From Klebsormidium nitens (taxonomy: Eukaryota > Plantae > Klebsormidiophyceae), in assembly GCA_000708835.1 (NCBI GenBank), contig DF237228.1:1-64000 (forward strand): 64,000 bases of DNA, in the 5' to 3' direction. Made by a program: the position numbers and the translations under genes. The notes beneath the pieces were generated by a model, which saw only the letters and a program-made list of their open reading frames with translations, ran no database searches and was not told where the DNA came from. The stretch's first letter is position 1, and every line of letters starts with the position of its first letter. Below, piece after piece: positions 33,309 to 46,700 of the stretch.

Positions 33309-35457
33309 ATGGAGGCGGTGCTTTGGCGTGACAGTTGCCAATGTGGCCTTCTCGGCGCACGCAGGAAGGGGCCACAGCCCCCGGTTGTCAGCTGCAAGTC
33401 TGCCGTGCCGTTGCTAGGAGAGCACTCGTTGCACAATCGGGCTGCGCCTGCATCAGGCTCTAGTTTGCCCAGGCACCTTTCGAGTTGCTGCAGAGAAGCG
33501 CTTCCACCCACAACACGGTTGAGTGGGCACACGTTGTTTGATCCGCGCCCTCAGGGGAAGAGGCAGGGTCATGTGGTGGCAGCTGCCCCGGGCGACAGCA
33601 CTGCGCGGTGGTGGGAGCGAGAAGGGGGCCCCAACGTGCGTGACGTGCACAGCATTGGGGACTTTGTTGAGGAGCTGGCAGGCGCAGGAGAGAGCCTGGT
33701 GGTGGTTGAGTTCTACGCCAGCTGGTGCGGCTCGTGCAGGGCACTGCTGCCCAAGGTGAGCAAGCAGGCTGCGGCGCCCGGCCGGTGTGAAGGGCCTAGA
33801 CTGAGGGACGCCGCTGTCACCCTTTTACATGCTTGGAGTGGTTCCTGCGGTCTTCAAAAGCTTGGAAAAGCACTTGGTCAAGACAGGTCATGCACGGCCC
33901 AACATTTGGGTGCAACAGAACTACTGTTATCCGGATGTTTGCCGGGGCCAGGAGCGCAGGGGGCCCCTCGTGGAAGAGTCACCTCGGGATCACTTCGATC
34001 CCCGGCCTATACAAGCTCTATGCAGAATAGCTAATGAAACTTATCAATTGGCTGAGCCATGCGAGCCAAAGTTCGACTTCGGCCCAGTGATAGTTGGCTC
34101 TGCTGCAAGGCCCCAGGGCCGCTTCAGGGCATGCGACCAAACTTGGAGCACCCGCCATCCCGTTTTGGTTGGAGTTTGGGGTAGCCCACATTGTCCGCTC
34201 TAGCTTTGCTGTTTTGCAGCAGATTTAAGCGTGCGCTGTGCGCATGGTGCAACATGACTTCTCAAAGATCAGTATGTGCAGGTTCATCAGGAAGGGCTGC
34301 TGCCGGCGTTAATGTTCTTCGACATCTGTTGAGAGTGCATTCTCAACGTAATAATTAGCGTCATGCAAGTTTGCCCCGTTGCCAAGGCACCAATTCGCAA
34401 TTCTGGACCGGAGTTGGAGGTGTGTCGTCTCGCTAAATCCTTTCGTGTCCCTATTTTGTGTGCGCAGCTGCTCAAAATTGCGGCGGAGCACCCCGACGTG
34501 ACCTTCCTCAAGGTCAACTTCGATGAGTGTAAGGCCATGTGCAAGAGCCTGAACATCAAGGTCCTCCCTTTCTTCCACTTTTACCGTGGCGCAGATGGCC
34601 GCCTGGACGCCTTCTCCGCCTCCATCTCCAAGGTAAGGCCATCGCTCGCGGGTGTGCATGTCCTGACAGCGGCCACCAGGCTTCAGCTAAGGTTGGCGGC
34701 CTTCCATTTCGTTGGTCTCCAGCTGAGCATCGGTTTAGAAGTCACAGATTGAGGCTGGATGTGCTGATGGTGGAGGCACATACGTTCAAATAACATAGTT
34801 TCCACCTTTAGTTGTGATGAGTATGTAAGGAACAATCATTCCTGAGGACTCCTTGAGATCATCTTCCAAATATGATCGTTTGGCATCGTTCATCGCTGGC
34901 AGGATGACCCTCTGTATTGCTTGATGAGGAGTTCTGTAAGATGGGGATGCGCAAAAAAGCTCTTTGCATCCTACTGCACTTTTTTAAACGTCTTCATTTG
35001 ATCGCACTTTCATGTCCGATCACTACTAGCATTGAGAACACATTGGACGGATACATACTTGATTTCGTTCTTCAAAGGTGGTTGGTTATCATGCGGACAG
35101 TCACTGTGACTCATCAAATTGTGCACGTAGAAGCATCCATATATTAGCAGAGCTCTGAGAGTTAATTTTCTTGCTCTTAGGCTCAAGCCTGTTTCTCCTT
35201 CCCACAGCTGTGGTGTTCTATGCTACATTCTCTGCGTTAGAGGGGAGCATGAATCCAACTGGAAGTGTCGGATTTTCCTGCTGATTGTGGTGTTGTTGAT
35301 GCAGTTGGCAAAGCTTCGAGAGGCTATTGAGGTGCACAACACCGAAAGGTGTAGCTTGGGACCTGCAATTGGGGTGGGCCCCGACTTCGATTGGGAAGCT
35401 GCAGCGCGAGCGAATGCTGCAGCCGCGGCTGCCGCAAAAGCCGCTGCCGCGCACTGA
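33309..35457 (+). CDS. ACHT: Atypical Cys/His-rich (lilium-type) chloroplast thioredoxin, 3 exons
   Basis: [31 protein letters not shown] | [55 protein letters not shown] | [20 protein letters not shown]. The Ser/Arg-rich N-terminus resembles a transit peptide. The start codon at 33309 is inferred. Confidence 0.9.
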
Positions 35458-36725
35458 GGTCCACTTGCATAAGGAGCCACCTACGAAGTTCGCTTGGGCG
35501 TGTTGGCATGGTATGAGGGCAATCGCACTGCAAAATCTGCATTAAGTACTCCAAACGGAGTTCACTCCAACTGAATTGTAATTTACAGAAAGCATAGCGC
35601 TGTAAGTTGATAAACGTCTCACCAGTCCCTGTAGAGGGGCTCTACGTGAAGCCGAATCTCCAAGACGGCACAAAGTCCTCTTTAAAAGTGCAGGCCCTTT
35701 GTACGATCCGCACCATGCATGTGGCAATACTCAACATGGGTAAGGAAAGGGCACTGGGTAACGAAAGGGCGCGGTATAGCTCCCGACAACATATATGGTC
35801 CTTGTGTATCTGCTTGTACGAGGTGATGTTCCAACAGTACGGAATTCTCGTATATCTGCATGTATTGCTTTGACATTGGATGATTGTCGTGTACCGTCCA
35901 TATACATTGCTTCAAGTACCTAGGGAGGTATCTTAGTAGCTTTAATTTGCACAGATGCAATGGGCCAATACGTCTCCCAGTGCATGCATGTGTGTAATGC
36001 ATTCATGCACGTACGTCAGGAACACTAGTACCTGCCTCACCCGGCGCTTTCCAATGTCGAATTCGTTAAGGTAGCTTGCACACTGTTGAGCATCAGCATG
36101 CATGGCCATCGAAGAGTGCATTGACTGAAACACGAGCATTGCAGAGATTACAATGAGCATGCTGACAAAAACAAGCTGCTTCCAAGAAAGGGCGCGCCCA
36201 GTGGCATGGAAGGGCGTGTTTAAGCACACGCGGAACGCTCTTATGCAAGCAATATGTGGACGGTCACATATGCATCATATCCGTGACTATCAAATTACTC
36301 TACGCTATATTGACATACTTCTTCGCATGAGCTAGAACGCATGTGTGAGTCTTGCAGCCACTGGCTTCGGACAGGACTAGTACATCAATTCAGAGCTCAC
36401 TGCCCCTCTCGCGTGCATGGTCACTAGCACCCACACTCACTTCGAATTGCCTGCAATGGAGCTTAGCTCCTTCATGATCAATACAGGCACCAATATTATA
36501 ATACGTGTATGTGTACGTCTTGAAATTTTGCTATAACGCAAATCAAGTCCACTCACTAATGAATTGACCGGCAAATCATCCACGCTAGTGGATGATGAGG
36601 TCTACCGTCAATGAACAGCTCATGCAGGGCTTCATATGCGCAATTCACCAATCAAAGCAGCCGCGTGACGCGCCGAATCACCATACCGGCGGTCACGTTG
36701 AGCTTTGGCTGTACGGTCCATGTTA

Positions 36726-37078
36726 GGTTGCGCGTCGACCGAAAACGTACCACCCCCCAATTTGCTGTTGTCAGACCACGTGGTTCACAAAACCCTGGTT
36801 TCGGCAGTGGTTTGCAGCAAACCTTCCACATCTGTGCGCCCTGTATCACCCAATTCAGCACCAAAATGCTCTATCCAAAGCACATGGGCAATGGCCATGA
36901 GTGGTGGCAGTTGCCGACAAAGCTTCTTTGAGCAGAAAAGATGCTAATTTGATACTTATATGCGACACAATCACACCAGTGTTGCAAACATCTTACAAAC
37001 CCATATTTATGAAAAGCAGGCCTCTGATTGGCTCAAAAACCTGGGATGACCTCGGGGGTTTTAGGTCGACGCGCAACC
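36726..37078. mobile_element. Tourist-like (PIF/Harbinger) MITE, 353 bp
   Basis: 21-bp TIRs GGTTGCGCGTCGACCGAAAAC and GTTTTAGGTCGACGCGCAACC (1 mismatch), with a perfect TTA TSD at 36723-36725 and 37079-37081. Confidence 0.9.
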
Positions 37079-37966
37079 TTACAGATTCAAGCTACTGTTC
37101 AACCAGCGGTTCGTTTGCAGTACGTGAGTATGCACGGCTTGGAGCTAACATGAACCAGGGTTCCATATTTAAACTCGAGTCCAGAGATATGCTCGATTTG
37201 GAGTCCTCGAATTATCCACAATCGCATGCAGAATGTGCGCCAACATGACAGCAATGCATGGACTCAATAGCTGGCTACTAGCCTACAAGATTGAGGTCTG
37301 TACAGGGTGATGCATCAGAAAAGGATACAAGGCTTAGCATCAATCTGCTATGCATCCCAGGTAACCCATAAGAAAATGTGCCAAAAGCTCGCTCTGCCCG
37401 GCCTTGGCTTGACGTCATTTGTTACACAATCTTGCCATCGAGGACAGAGTCGTGTCCGAGTCCCGGTCAAATATGCAGGCCGGCTCCACCACACGCAAGC
37501 CGGTGCCTAACGAGAAGGCAGGTCTGGCAATCTGCCTCCTGGCACCGATCCGTGGACCAGCTCTAAAGCTGGAAAATCTTGCTGTAAGCCGTCCACTGAA
37601 CCAACCGACACAACGCTACTCTCATGATCCGGTGCAAAGTGTTTTTCTCAATCTGGTCCTTGTATCAATGATAACTGGCGCGACGTCCCACGGCTGTGCT
37701 GCTCCCCGTATTTGCCTTCGAGCAGGACTGCCCTGTGTCAGTGCCGCCGTCCAACCGTCGTGACTGCACCAGGAGACCTGCCCACCAACACTGCCGCGTA
37801 GTCCGTACCCCCGCGGCTATCCGGGGCCGGCTGCCGGGTTGCCACGGCCGTGCTGTGCCTACTGTACAACAGGACTGCACATACAGCGGAGCAAGCCCGC
37901 TGCACGCGAGCACGTGGCAACGCAAAAACCGTTTGCGACATACCTGCAGTACTACTGGAAACCTGA

Positions 37967-40900
37967 CTACCGCTCGTCCTCTGCTTTGACAAACCGGCCT
38001 TTCACCCGAGTCCGTATGTCTGCCCGCGCCTTGCGGGACTCATACCGGATCGTCTTCTCAAACCTGCACCATTGGCACCACAGAATCAGTCCGCATGGCT
38101 TGGCTCATTATGGCGAGCTCGGTGTCCCGCCATCCGTGTCCAAACTCGTTTGGGATGGCTCTGAAGTCTATGTCAAGGCGTCTGTCCCCAGCTGCACTAC
38201 AAGAAGGATCATCCGCAGGAGACACAGCCCCTGCTGGCTCATCGGGCCTTGGGAATCTTGTGAGCTGTGATGGGGAGGCGGTGAGCAGCCGCGCGTGCAG
38301 CAGTTGTGGAAGAGGCGGTCCTCACCTCCTGGTCTTCTTCTTCTCCTTGTAGCGCAGCACCGCGCTGTCCCGGATTTGGCCTGCCGACAAGGGCGGACCC
38401 GCACCGCCAGGAGCAGGGGCAGCAGCGGAAGCAGGACTCCGCTTAACGCCGTGCGGACCTGCAGCACCACCAAGAGCGGGAGAGACAGTGAGCCTGAAGG
38501 AAAGCAAGCTAGGGGGTACGCTGAAGTCGCCTCCACGAGCTGTAGTGGGCAGGCACGGGAAAAGGCAGCATTGCTATGGGGGAAGTGGGAGGCCTCACCT
38601 GGGAAGGTGGCGGCGGCGGGCGTGGGGCCGGGCCCTGGGCCGGGGGTGTGGCCCTGGCCGGAGGTGGGGATGAAGGTGGCCGCGCGCCCAAGGCCGGAGC
38701 CAGGGTCCAGGCCAGAGGGGCCGGGGGCAGCGGACGGGGCAGCCTCCGCAATGGGTGGGAGGGGGGAGGCCGAGGTCTGGAAAGAGGTGACTTGTAGTCA
38801 GAGCTGGCCAGAAAGATGACAAGCCTTCCCAACACCGGAAGCCCTCTAGAAGCAGCCAACTGTCATTCTCACAAGCAACACGGGGCAGCAGCACAAGGTG
38901 CAATGCGGCTCTGACCATAATTCGCAGCAGCTGATAGCCTGGAGGGGCGCGGGTGCGGCGCTCACGCTGGCGGCGCCGTACTGGCGGGTGGGGTCGGGCA
39001 GGCCGTCATCGCGGGGGCCGTCTGGGCTCTTGGAGTCGGAGCTGGTGGCCAGGCCGGAGGTGGCGGAGGAGGGCGGCTCCTTGGGCGAGAAGATATCCTC
39101 GTAGCTCTCGGGGAAGGCCAGGTCCACGTCCGCCATGGTGAAGGCCGCCACCGGGTCGCTGTCGCTGCCCGCCCCGCCGCCCAGCGCCTCCGCCTGCCAC
39201 CCCTGCAGCCATGGAGCCACCACAGAGCGGGCTCAGCGCAGGCAGCACGAGGGGCACCCTGTGCAGCATGCCGATTTGCAGGAGATGAGTGCGCACACAG
39301 CTGGCCCGGACATCTGCAGATGTCTGCTGGAGCAGCGCAGGAGGGGCAACGCAGAGCACGCCAAACCATTGGCAGCGGTGCAGAGGCCCTCTGCTCCTGC
39401 AGGCACGCACTCGCACCTCTTCCTGCTTGGTGGCCAGGTCGTCCCGCCAAAAGGGCCCATCATCCTCCATCTTCTGCTTCTTGGTGGCCACGCGCTCCTC
39501 GTTCTGCTTGGCCTGCAGCGCGGCCTTCTGCACCTCCTGCGCTTCTGCCAGCTGGCGCCGCTCGCGGTCCTGACTGTCCTCCAGCGCCTGCCGCTGCTCC
39601 TCCTGCGCCGCCGCCTGCAGCGCGCGCTCCGCCGCCTCCGACTGCGCCGCCACCGCAGGCGGCGCGCCAACCCCGCGCAGCCACCCCGGCGCGTCCCGCA
39701 GCAGGGGCNCCCGTAGGGCGACTGTCCAGCTGCACGAGGGAGGGCAGCNNNNNNNNNNNNNNNNNNNNGCACCCCGGCGCGTCCCGCAGCAGGGGCGCCC
39801 TCGGGCGGACTGTCCAGCTGCACAGGGAGGGGCAGCAGAGAGGCAGTCAGGAGGGCAGCCCAGCGGCAGATCAGCGGCGCAGGGCAGCCAGCAGCGGGCC
39901 TGCTGCAGAAGAGCAGCAGCTGCACCAGTGATTGGTCCAAGCTGCACTACGCAGCACAGGGAGCAGCTGCACTTGCGGCACAGTTCGCAAGGGGAGGCAG
40001 GCGAAGCGCACCTTGACCTGGGAGAGCATGCCTGAGGGGGACTCCAGCCCAGGGCGGCCCCCAAACGGCGTCCCCATTGCCTTGGCCGGCTGCATCCGTG
40101 GGCGGGGGGAGGGCATGCCATAGCCATGCTGGAACGGCTGCCCCGCATACTGGGGGGCGTACTGGCGGCCGTATGGATCCTGATACTCGCCATACCGCGG
40201 CGGCCCTGGATAGCCCTGCTGCATGGTGGGGGGGGGAAACGGCTGATACAGCTGCCCTGGATATGGCCCCTGCTGGTACAGCCCTGGGTATGCTGGCTGC
40301 GCACCCTGAGGCGCCAGGAATGGTGCCTGCCCCCCCATGCCGGGCATGCCGGTCTGCTGCTGCTCCAGGGGGGGATAGTAGCTCGGGGTGGGGGGCCCCA
40401 AGAACGCTTGCTGCGGCGGTTGCTGCTGCTGCTGATGCTGTTGCTGTTGTTGTTGCTGCTGTTGCTGCTGGGAGGTGGCTGCTGGGCCCTGTTGCTGCTG
40501 GTGCTGCGGTGGGGCCGCGGGTGCGCCATACAGTGCGGGGCTGCCTGCTCCCGGGGGCCCTGCCTTGGCCTCAGGCCAGCCCGCGCCCTGGCTGGCCCCT
40601 CGCGCCAGCTCCATGCCCAAGCGGGACGCCTTCGGGGGCAGGCTGCTGCCCCACCCCGGCGCAGCCCGGGGATGGGAGTCGGCAGGGGGCAGCGCGGGCG
40701 AGCGCGGCTCTGCCTTGACAGGGGCATCCTCCAGGGAGCCCAGGCGACAGCCCCAGAGAACAGCCAGCTCATTGGCAGAAGGGCAGCCTGGCAATGCAGG
40801 GGAGGAGGCTCAGAACATGGGGTAGCACTGGTGAACACCACATAGCAAAGGTACGCGGAACAGAGCATCCTATCAAAATATCACAGAATAGCCCCTAACA

Positions 40901-41239
40901 TGCCTGCAACCCTGGTTTGTCAGATGGCCAGCTCTAGCTGCCAAATCTGGCAGACTTACCAGTAAAAAAGTCAAACTTGACCCGTTTGTGGTGGGAGGCC
41001 GGGACTGCTGAATGGCTGCTCGCATCACACTCCAGGCAGAGGGACAGGTTCTCCTCAGAGCACCTGAAGGAGGCAGGTGCATTGCCACAAGCATCGCAGA
41101 GGAGAGTCCTCTCGTGCCGCAACGAGAGCGCATTGGCCTCATGGACTGACCTGTCACAGGACAGGCATAACTTTGCATTGTCTGCTCTGCAGAACACCGT
41201 TGCTTTCCTGGCCCCGCAGTATTCACAAGGAACCTCCAT
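37967..41239 (-). CDS. COL: CONSTANS-like B-box + CCT transcription factor (group II type), about 7 exons
   Basis: [57 protein letters not shown] (two B-boxes), [10 protein letters not shown], and [19 protein letters not shown]|[26 protein letters not shown]. Stop at 37967-37969. Middle exon boundaries are approximate. Confidence 0.93.
39680..39835. repeat. About 70-bp GC-rich tandem repeat in a COL intron, interrupted by a 20-N gap (39749-39768)
   Basis: Unit (G)CACCCCGGCGCGTCCCGCAGCAGGGGC...GACTGTCCAGCTGCAC..GGAGGG(G)CAGC occurs on both sides of the gap. Confidence 0.8.
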
Positions 41240-43743
41240 GTCCCTCTGTCTTGCTGCTCGTCTGTTCTAAGCAAGATACCCAAATCTGGCAATCAACCCG
41301 ACTTGAGATCCCAAACCACTGGATGAGATGATACTTCTCAATCGCCTTCCAAGTCAGTCCAGCAGGGGTCCATCCTTTACCAAGCAATCCAAGAATTTGT
41401 GAATGGAGTGCACAACCTATCGATATGTAAATGTCTGTTAACCCTGTCGTTTCCGCAAGTTAACCGTCGCAAAAGAGCAAGTTCGCCAATCCTTGCAACA
41501 GCTTAGAAGATGCCCCTCGAATTGGACCGAGAAGAGGGACAGCTGCAAGAGATTCGATATCGAGCACTTGTTCAATCCCAATCACAAGTTCTCTTAAACC
41601 TGCCTAGCTGCCTGACAGAGCTTCCTCTCTCCACTCCCATCAATACTGGGGAAGAGTGACTAGGTATCGCATAAGGATACCATAGTTGCCGCCATAACAG
41701 CCTCGCTCTCTGTGGACTCTGGAGTACTCTGCCCAGTGGGTGTTGGTGCACACTGCATTACCGGGCCTGGACTGCGGTTCGGCAGTCTGTCCTCCTCGAC
41801 TTCTCGACTTCACGGACTGATCCCTTGCCGCTGCGAGCTGTTTCTCTTTTTGGCGCTGACGTGGCGAGGATCAACCCGAAAAGCACGACGCTTTTTTGCA
41901 ATCCGAAAGGCGCAAAGGAAGGTGACCTCCATCTCCCTTCCATATACCGTACCGGTATTCTTGACCGTACAGCAAAGGCGCAGCTTGGATTGAGGGCAGC
42001 CAATGACTCCATGACTCGGAAGCCTCTCTGCAACCTCCGAGCAGGTCGAGCCTGGGGTTCGCCCAAAAGCACCTTTTGTTAGATATTTTCAGTTGAAAGA
42101 TACCAACAGCGTTGAACTTCAGTGAAGAACTCAAGTACCATAGTGGGCGGTGGATTGCTGTTTACCGACCGCGATGCAACCCCCACAGCAATGTTACACT
42201 GCACTGCTGACTCCTAAGCTACCGGTAGTCCCCAGCCCCAGGGCCCAGGCCCCGTGCGGCGCCGTGCCACCGTGCCCACCTGGTAAGCTTTATGGCAGCC
42301 TTTCCGCTCCGCTCGGCTCCGCTCCGCGGCGCGCACGGTTCATATAGCCTCACTCTCGAATAAGTAAGTTGCAGGTGGTGATGAAACAAAAGCGAAGGGG
42401 TCTGATATGAACTCCCAGGCTGGTCCCTAGTATCGTACATCGCCGGACGTGCCTTGCAGCCCTAGGTTGAAGCTGCGGAAACGAAACATGATTGCAGCTC
42501 TCTCGAATACTTCGAATCTTTGGACTGTCTACGCGCTCGATCCAATTGGCAAATGCGGCTATATTTAGTAAGGCGTTATAACGGGTGATATTTTGCGACC
42601 CAAGCCGGAGATCATTCACATTCAGAAGCATGATTTTGGCACGACCGAAAATATACTAGCACATGGACACACGATGCTAGGATTGATTTACTTGCACAAC
42701 GAATCTACTGCGAAGGGTTCATAAGCCAAAGGTTATATTAATATCTTGCAAAATTGGTATCCAGTGTAAGCCTCTCCTTGGTCGTAATTAGCAGAAAGTT
42801 GTGGTTCCCTGAGTGCGAACCAATTGAGTATACCTTTTCACACTGTGACGCCCCAACATTATGACGATGGCAGGTGCGGGGCAAGCCCGCCTGGAACCGC
42901 GGCCAATCACTGTCATTCTGCCATAGTGTTCGAAATAAAGAAAAAGCCAAGATACGAAGGCTAGCAGAGCGAGATACTGTAGAGTTGGTACGCGATAGGC
43001 CCAGATGATACTGTTGCATAGTCGAAGCCTCTTAAAGCAACCCAGTTGTGCTCAAAACACAAACATTGTATGCCATGAGAAGCCTATGGCCGCACTGGCT
43101 ACAGCGTACGAAAAGAGACCATCTTATTCACCTAGTCCGTTAGAAGAAGGACATCTCGAGCGAGTCAATCATCCTTGCATGATGCAACTGCTCAGGCATG
43201 CGCGGAAACAAGATCAGTGCCTTTTACTAGCTTATAGGTGGGTAACCTATAAGCTAGTAACCCTCTTGATAAAAGCTGGTCAGAGTATTCAAGCTCCAAG
43301 CTCGCTGGGCGACGTTCAGAACGACACTAAAAGGTCGGACGCCTACATACTTTACATCAGATACAATACATAGCTTACTCTACAGAAGGCAATCCAGCTT
43401 GCCTCAGACTAATCCGAGGACTCTTGGGTCGAAGCTAGCCTGACAAAATCCGTTATGTACTTTTCGTACAGCCTGCAAACAGCTCAACGCATCCCCTTGT
43501 ACGCTTCTGCCACCTGGAACTGTAAAACCTGATGCTTTCCTAAGTATTCTGCCGGTCCGTGCGGATGCACATGCCAGGCCTTCCTGAGTCTATTTGAAGG
43601 ATTCCGCTCACATTAATCACTCACTCAAATGCTCCCAGTTGTACTGTGCTGGAATTCGACCAGTGTGTAATGCGCGTGCTGCTCGTCTCTGGTCGCCACT
43701 TTGCAGCCGTCTCCTCCCCCTGCCCATTTCGCACCCCCCGACG

Positions 43744-46700
43744 CTACGCTAGCCGCTTCAGGTCGTCGAGGCTGTCCTGCCGCGCGAGGTCCTTCGGCTT
43801 GCGCCGCAGCTTGGCCCACACTTTCCGCAGAGGGCCCCGCTGCGCTGCGGCCGCGGCATCCGCCTCTGCTGCGGCGGCCTGCTGCGCCAGGAACGCGAGC
43901 ACGGCGTCCGTCCCGGCGGCCACCACGGCCTGAGCACCACAGCGCGCGTTAGTTCAGCCCGGCGGGGCAACGCCAGCACTCCAGGCCGCTTAGCCCGCAT
44001 GCATGCCCGCCAAGCAACACACCAAAACAATGCCGCACAAGCTACGAGGGCGCGTCTTGGTGCCTCTAAGCTGACCGGTCAACAGACGGGAGTAATGAAT
44101 GGTGGTCGCACAGCTATCGGGGACACTCATGAGCACCGGGGGAAACCTCGGCCCGTTGCAAGATCAGACAGACGCAGCCGGTGTACCTTGGGCGGGTAGC
44201 GCAGCGGGTTGCCCTCCAGTGCGAGCACCTTCAGCTGCGCGAGGCGGCCCAGGCTGATGGGAAGAGCTCGCAGCGAGTTCTGCGACAGGGTGAGTGTCTG
44301 CAGGCAGCTCAGCTGGCCCAGCGAGGCAGGCAGCGCGCGCAGCTCCGCGAAGTTGCTGCCCAGGTCCACTGGGGGCACACGAGGCGACGTCAGGGACAAA
44401 TGCGTGCGGCAGGGACGGAGGGAATGGCACTCACGAGAAACGCACGAGAACTCGACCACCTCTCCCGCGGTACCAGTAACGGACAGGGAGTGGGGGCGCG
44501 CACAGAGCGGCGTTTCGCCAACTTGGGGAAGCGACAGTCCTTAGCCATGAGTCGACTTGCAATATGCGGACCCCTTTGCCCAATCAGCAACAGCTCAAGG
44601 CCTTCTCCTTGGCAGTCGAGATGCATACCATCAAATACACCGGATGATCAACACATAGCACGTAAGGAAAAGCAGTCAGCTGATGTTTGCGGGGCCCTTC
44701 AGCTGCGCAAGGCTACTGGTTGGCTCACGCTGTCGCAGGCGGCGGCACTCCCCAAGCGCCTCAGGGACGTCCCGGATCTCGTTGTAGTGCACGTCCAGGC
44801 ACGTGAGCGCGGTGCAGCCCCCGATGGCGGCGGGCAGGCCGCGCAGGTGGTTCAGGCTGGCCACCAGCGTCTCCAGCCCGGCCAGCGCCCCGATGGCCTC
44901 CGGCAGCGCGGGCAGCTTGTTGCTGGCCACGTTGAGGTAGCGCAGGCGCGCGCAGCGGCCCAGCGCGGGGGGCAGCTCCTCCAGGCAGTTGCTGCGCAGG
45001 TCCAGGTGCGTCAGCGCAGTCAGGCCGCCCAGCGTGGAGGGCAGCTCCGCCAGCCGGTTGAACTGCGCCTCGAGGCGCACCAGGCCCGGCAATGCGCCGA
45101 TGCCGGCGGGCAGCTCCGGCAGCCGGTTCTCTGCCAGGCTGAGCTCCATGAGGGCCGGCAGCGCGGGCAGTGTGTCGGGGAAGAAGTCGAGCTCGTGCGC
45201 AAACTCAGCGCTCAGGTCGAGGCATGTGCTGGACGAGGTGGCCGCCTGGGCCAGCAGGCGTGGCAATTTCTCCTCAGGGACCTCCCGCACCGGCGCAGCC
45301 CCGGCAGAGGCTGCAAGAGAAGACCAACAGCAGGCGAGTGAGGGCCGACGAGAGGAGGGGGAAGGCTAGTGGGACTCCGCCATGCTACTTGGAGTTTGTA
45401 CAACCTGACGCAACTGATGCGCGGGACATGCCCCTTCAGTTGACGAAATTGCTGCTTCAACAACGGGCCGGATCGCAAAATCCACAATATCAAGAGTTGT
45501 TTGAAAAGCTGACAAAGACAACGTATCACATGCCTTTCTTTGTGGGGTGTGTTGCCGTTCATTCAATCTGCAGAGACAAATTCCCGGATCCTCAAGCAAC
45601 GAAACACGAAGTAGGCAGAAGAGTCGCCTCACTGACCTGGAATGCAAGGAAAGAATTTTGTATAAAAACTCCCTTCTCAATCAGCACCCACGCCAAGCAC
45701 ACACCCCACTATAGCTGCTCCTTGTCATGAGCCACAATGGAGCAGCTTTTGCAGCCTGAAACTTTCCCTGTCCGTCTGCTGCAACCAAAAGGACCCACCT
45801 GCAATCTCCAGCAACCTAAGACTGCACCAGTAAAAACTGACCCAGAACTCTTGGCCCCCATTTTGCCAAGATATGTCCCCCGTTTGCCGCTGCCTCAGCA
45901 CTCATGGCATGCCCAGCTCCCGCCGGCCTGCCTCCTTCTGCCGGTGTGCCTGCCTAATGGCCTCACCTGCCGCCCTGTTCTCGCCCACCCTTGGGCCCCC
46001 TTCTCCCTGCTGCCCATTAGGTATCACCGCCGGCTCCGCAGCAGGCACCAACGTTGCCTTCCCGGACTGGTCACCACTGGTGGTCTTGTGGTGGGACAGC
46101 ATTGGCACGCCAGTGAGAGCAGGCCCTGGTGTGTCCTCCCCCCGCTGCGGCATCTGCAAAGTGGGCAAGGGGTTCGCCCCCACCTGCTGCTTATCCTGCC
46201 ATTCCGGCTCTGCCACAGGCTCGGCGGCAACACCCTCGGGATTGAGGGGGGCTGGGGGCTTGGTCGCCTGGGGGTTGGCAAAGAGCGCCCGCTCGGCCGA
46301 CATGATGAGGTGGTCATAGTGGCGGTGCTGCTCGTCCAGCTCCAACACAGCCAACGGGGCCCGCTGCGCCAACTCAGCGGCCTTGCGCAGCCGACTTTCA
46401 CGCAGAGCCTGCAGCGGAACCACTTCGAGGTGAGGGGATGGGCCGACATGGCAGCGAGGCAAACACTTCTGGAGAAAGGTTGGGGGCAACCTGGGGCAAA
46501 CAATGCAGCAAAGAGAAGGCCTTTAAAGGACCAGCCACGAAAGAGCCTGAAGGGGGCTCTCGCTTCAAACGAAGACTCTATACTGCACCAAAACCGGTGA
46601 TGCAATATTGACCACCGGACTGCATAATTGGGCGCCGATGATTCATTCTCATAGCAACAAGTTTACGTCCATCGAAGATTCAATGCTTCGGTGAGATAAC

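Noticed and set aside
36579-36600. 9-bp hairpin ATCATCCAC-GCTA-GTGGATGAT with adjacent ATGATGA
   Set aside because: No D box or CTRR Helitron end at the expected distance. It is an isolated hairpin.
39006-40868. 620-aa and other long overlapping ORFs in GC-rich genes (also 29573-31036, 44181-45341, 53315-54364)
   Set aside because: These are alternative-frame or intron read-through artefacts of stop-poor GC-rich exons.
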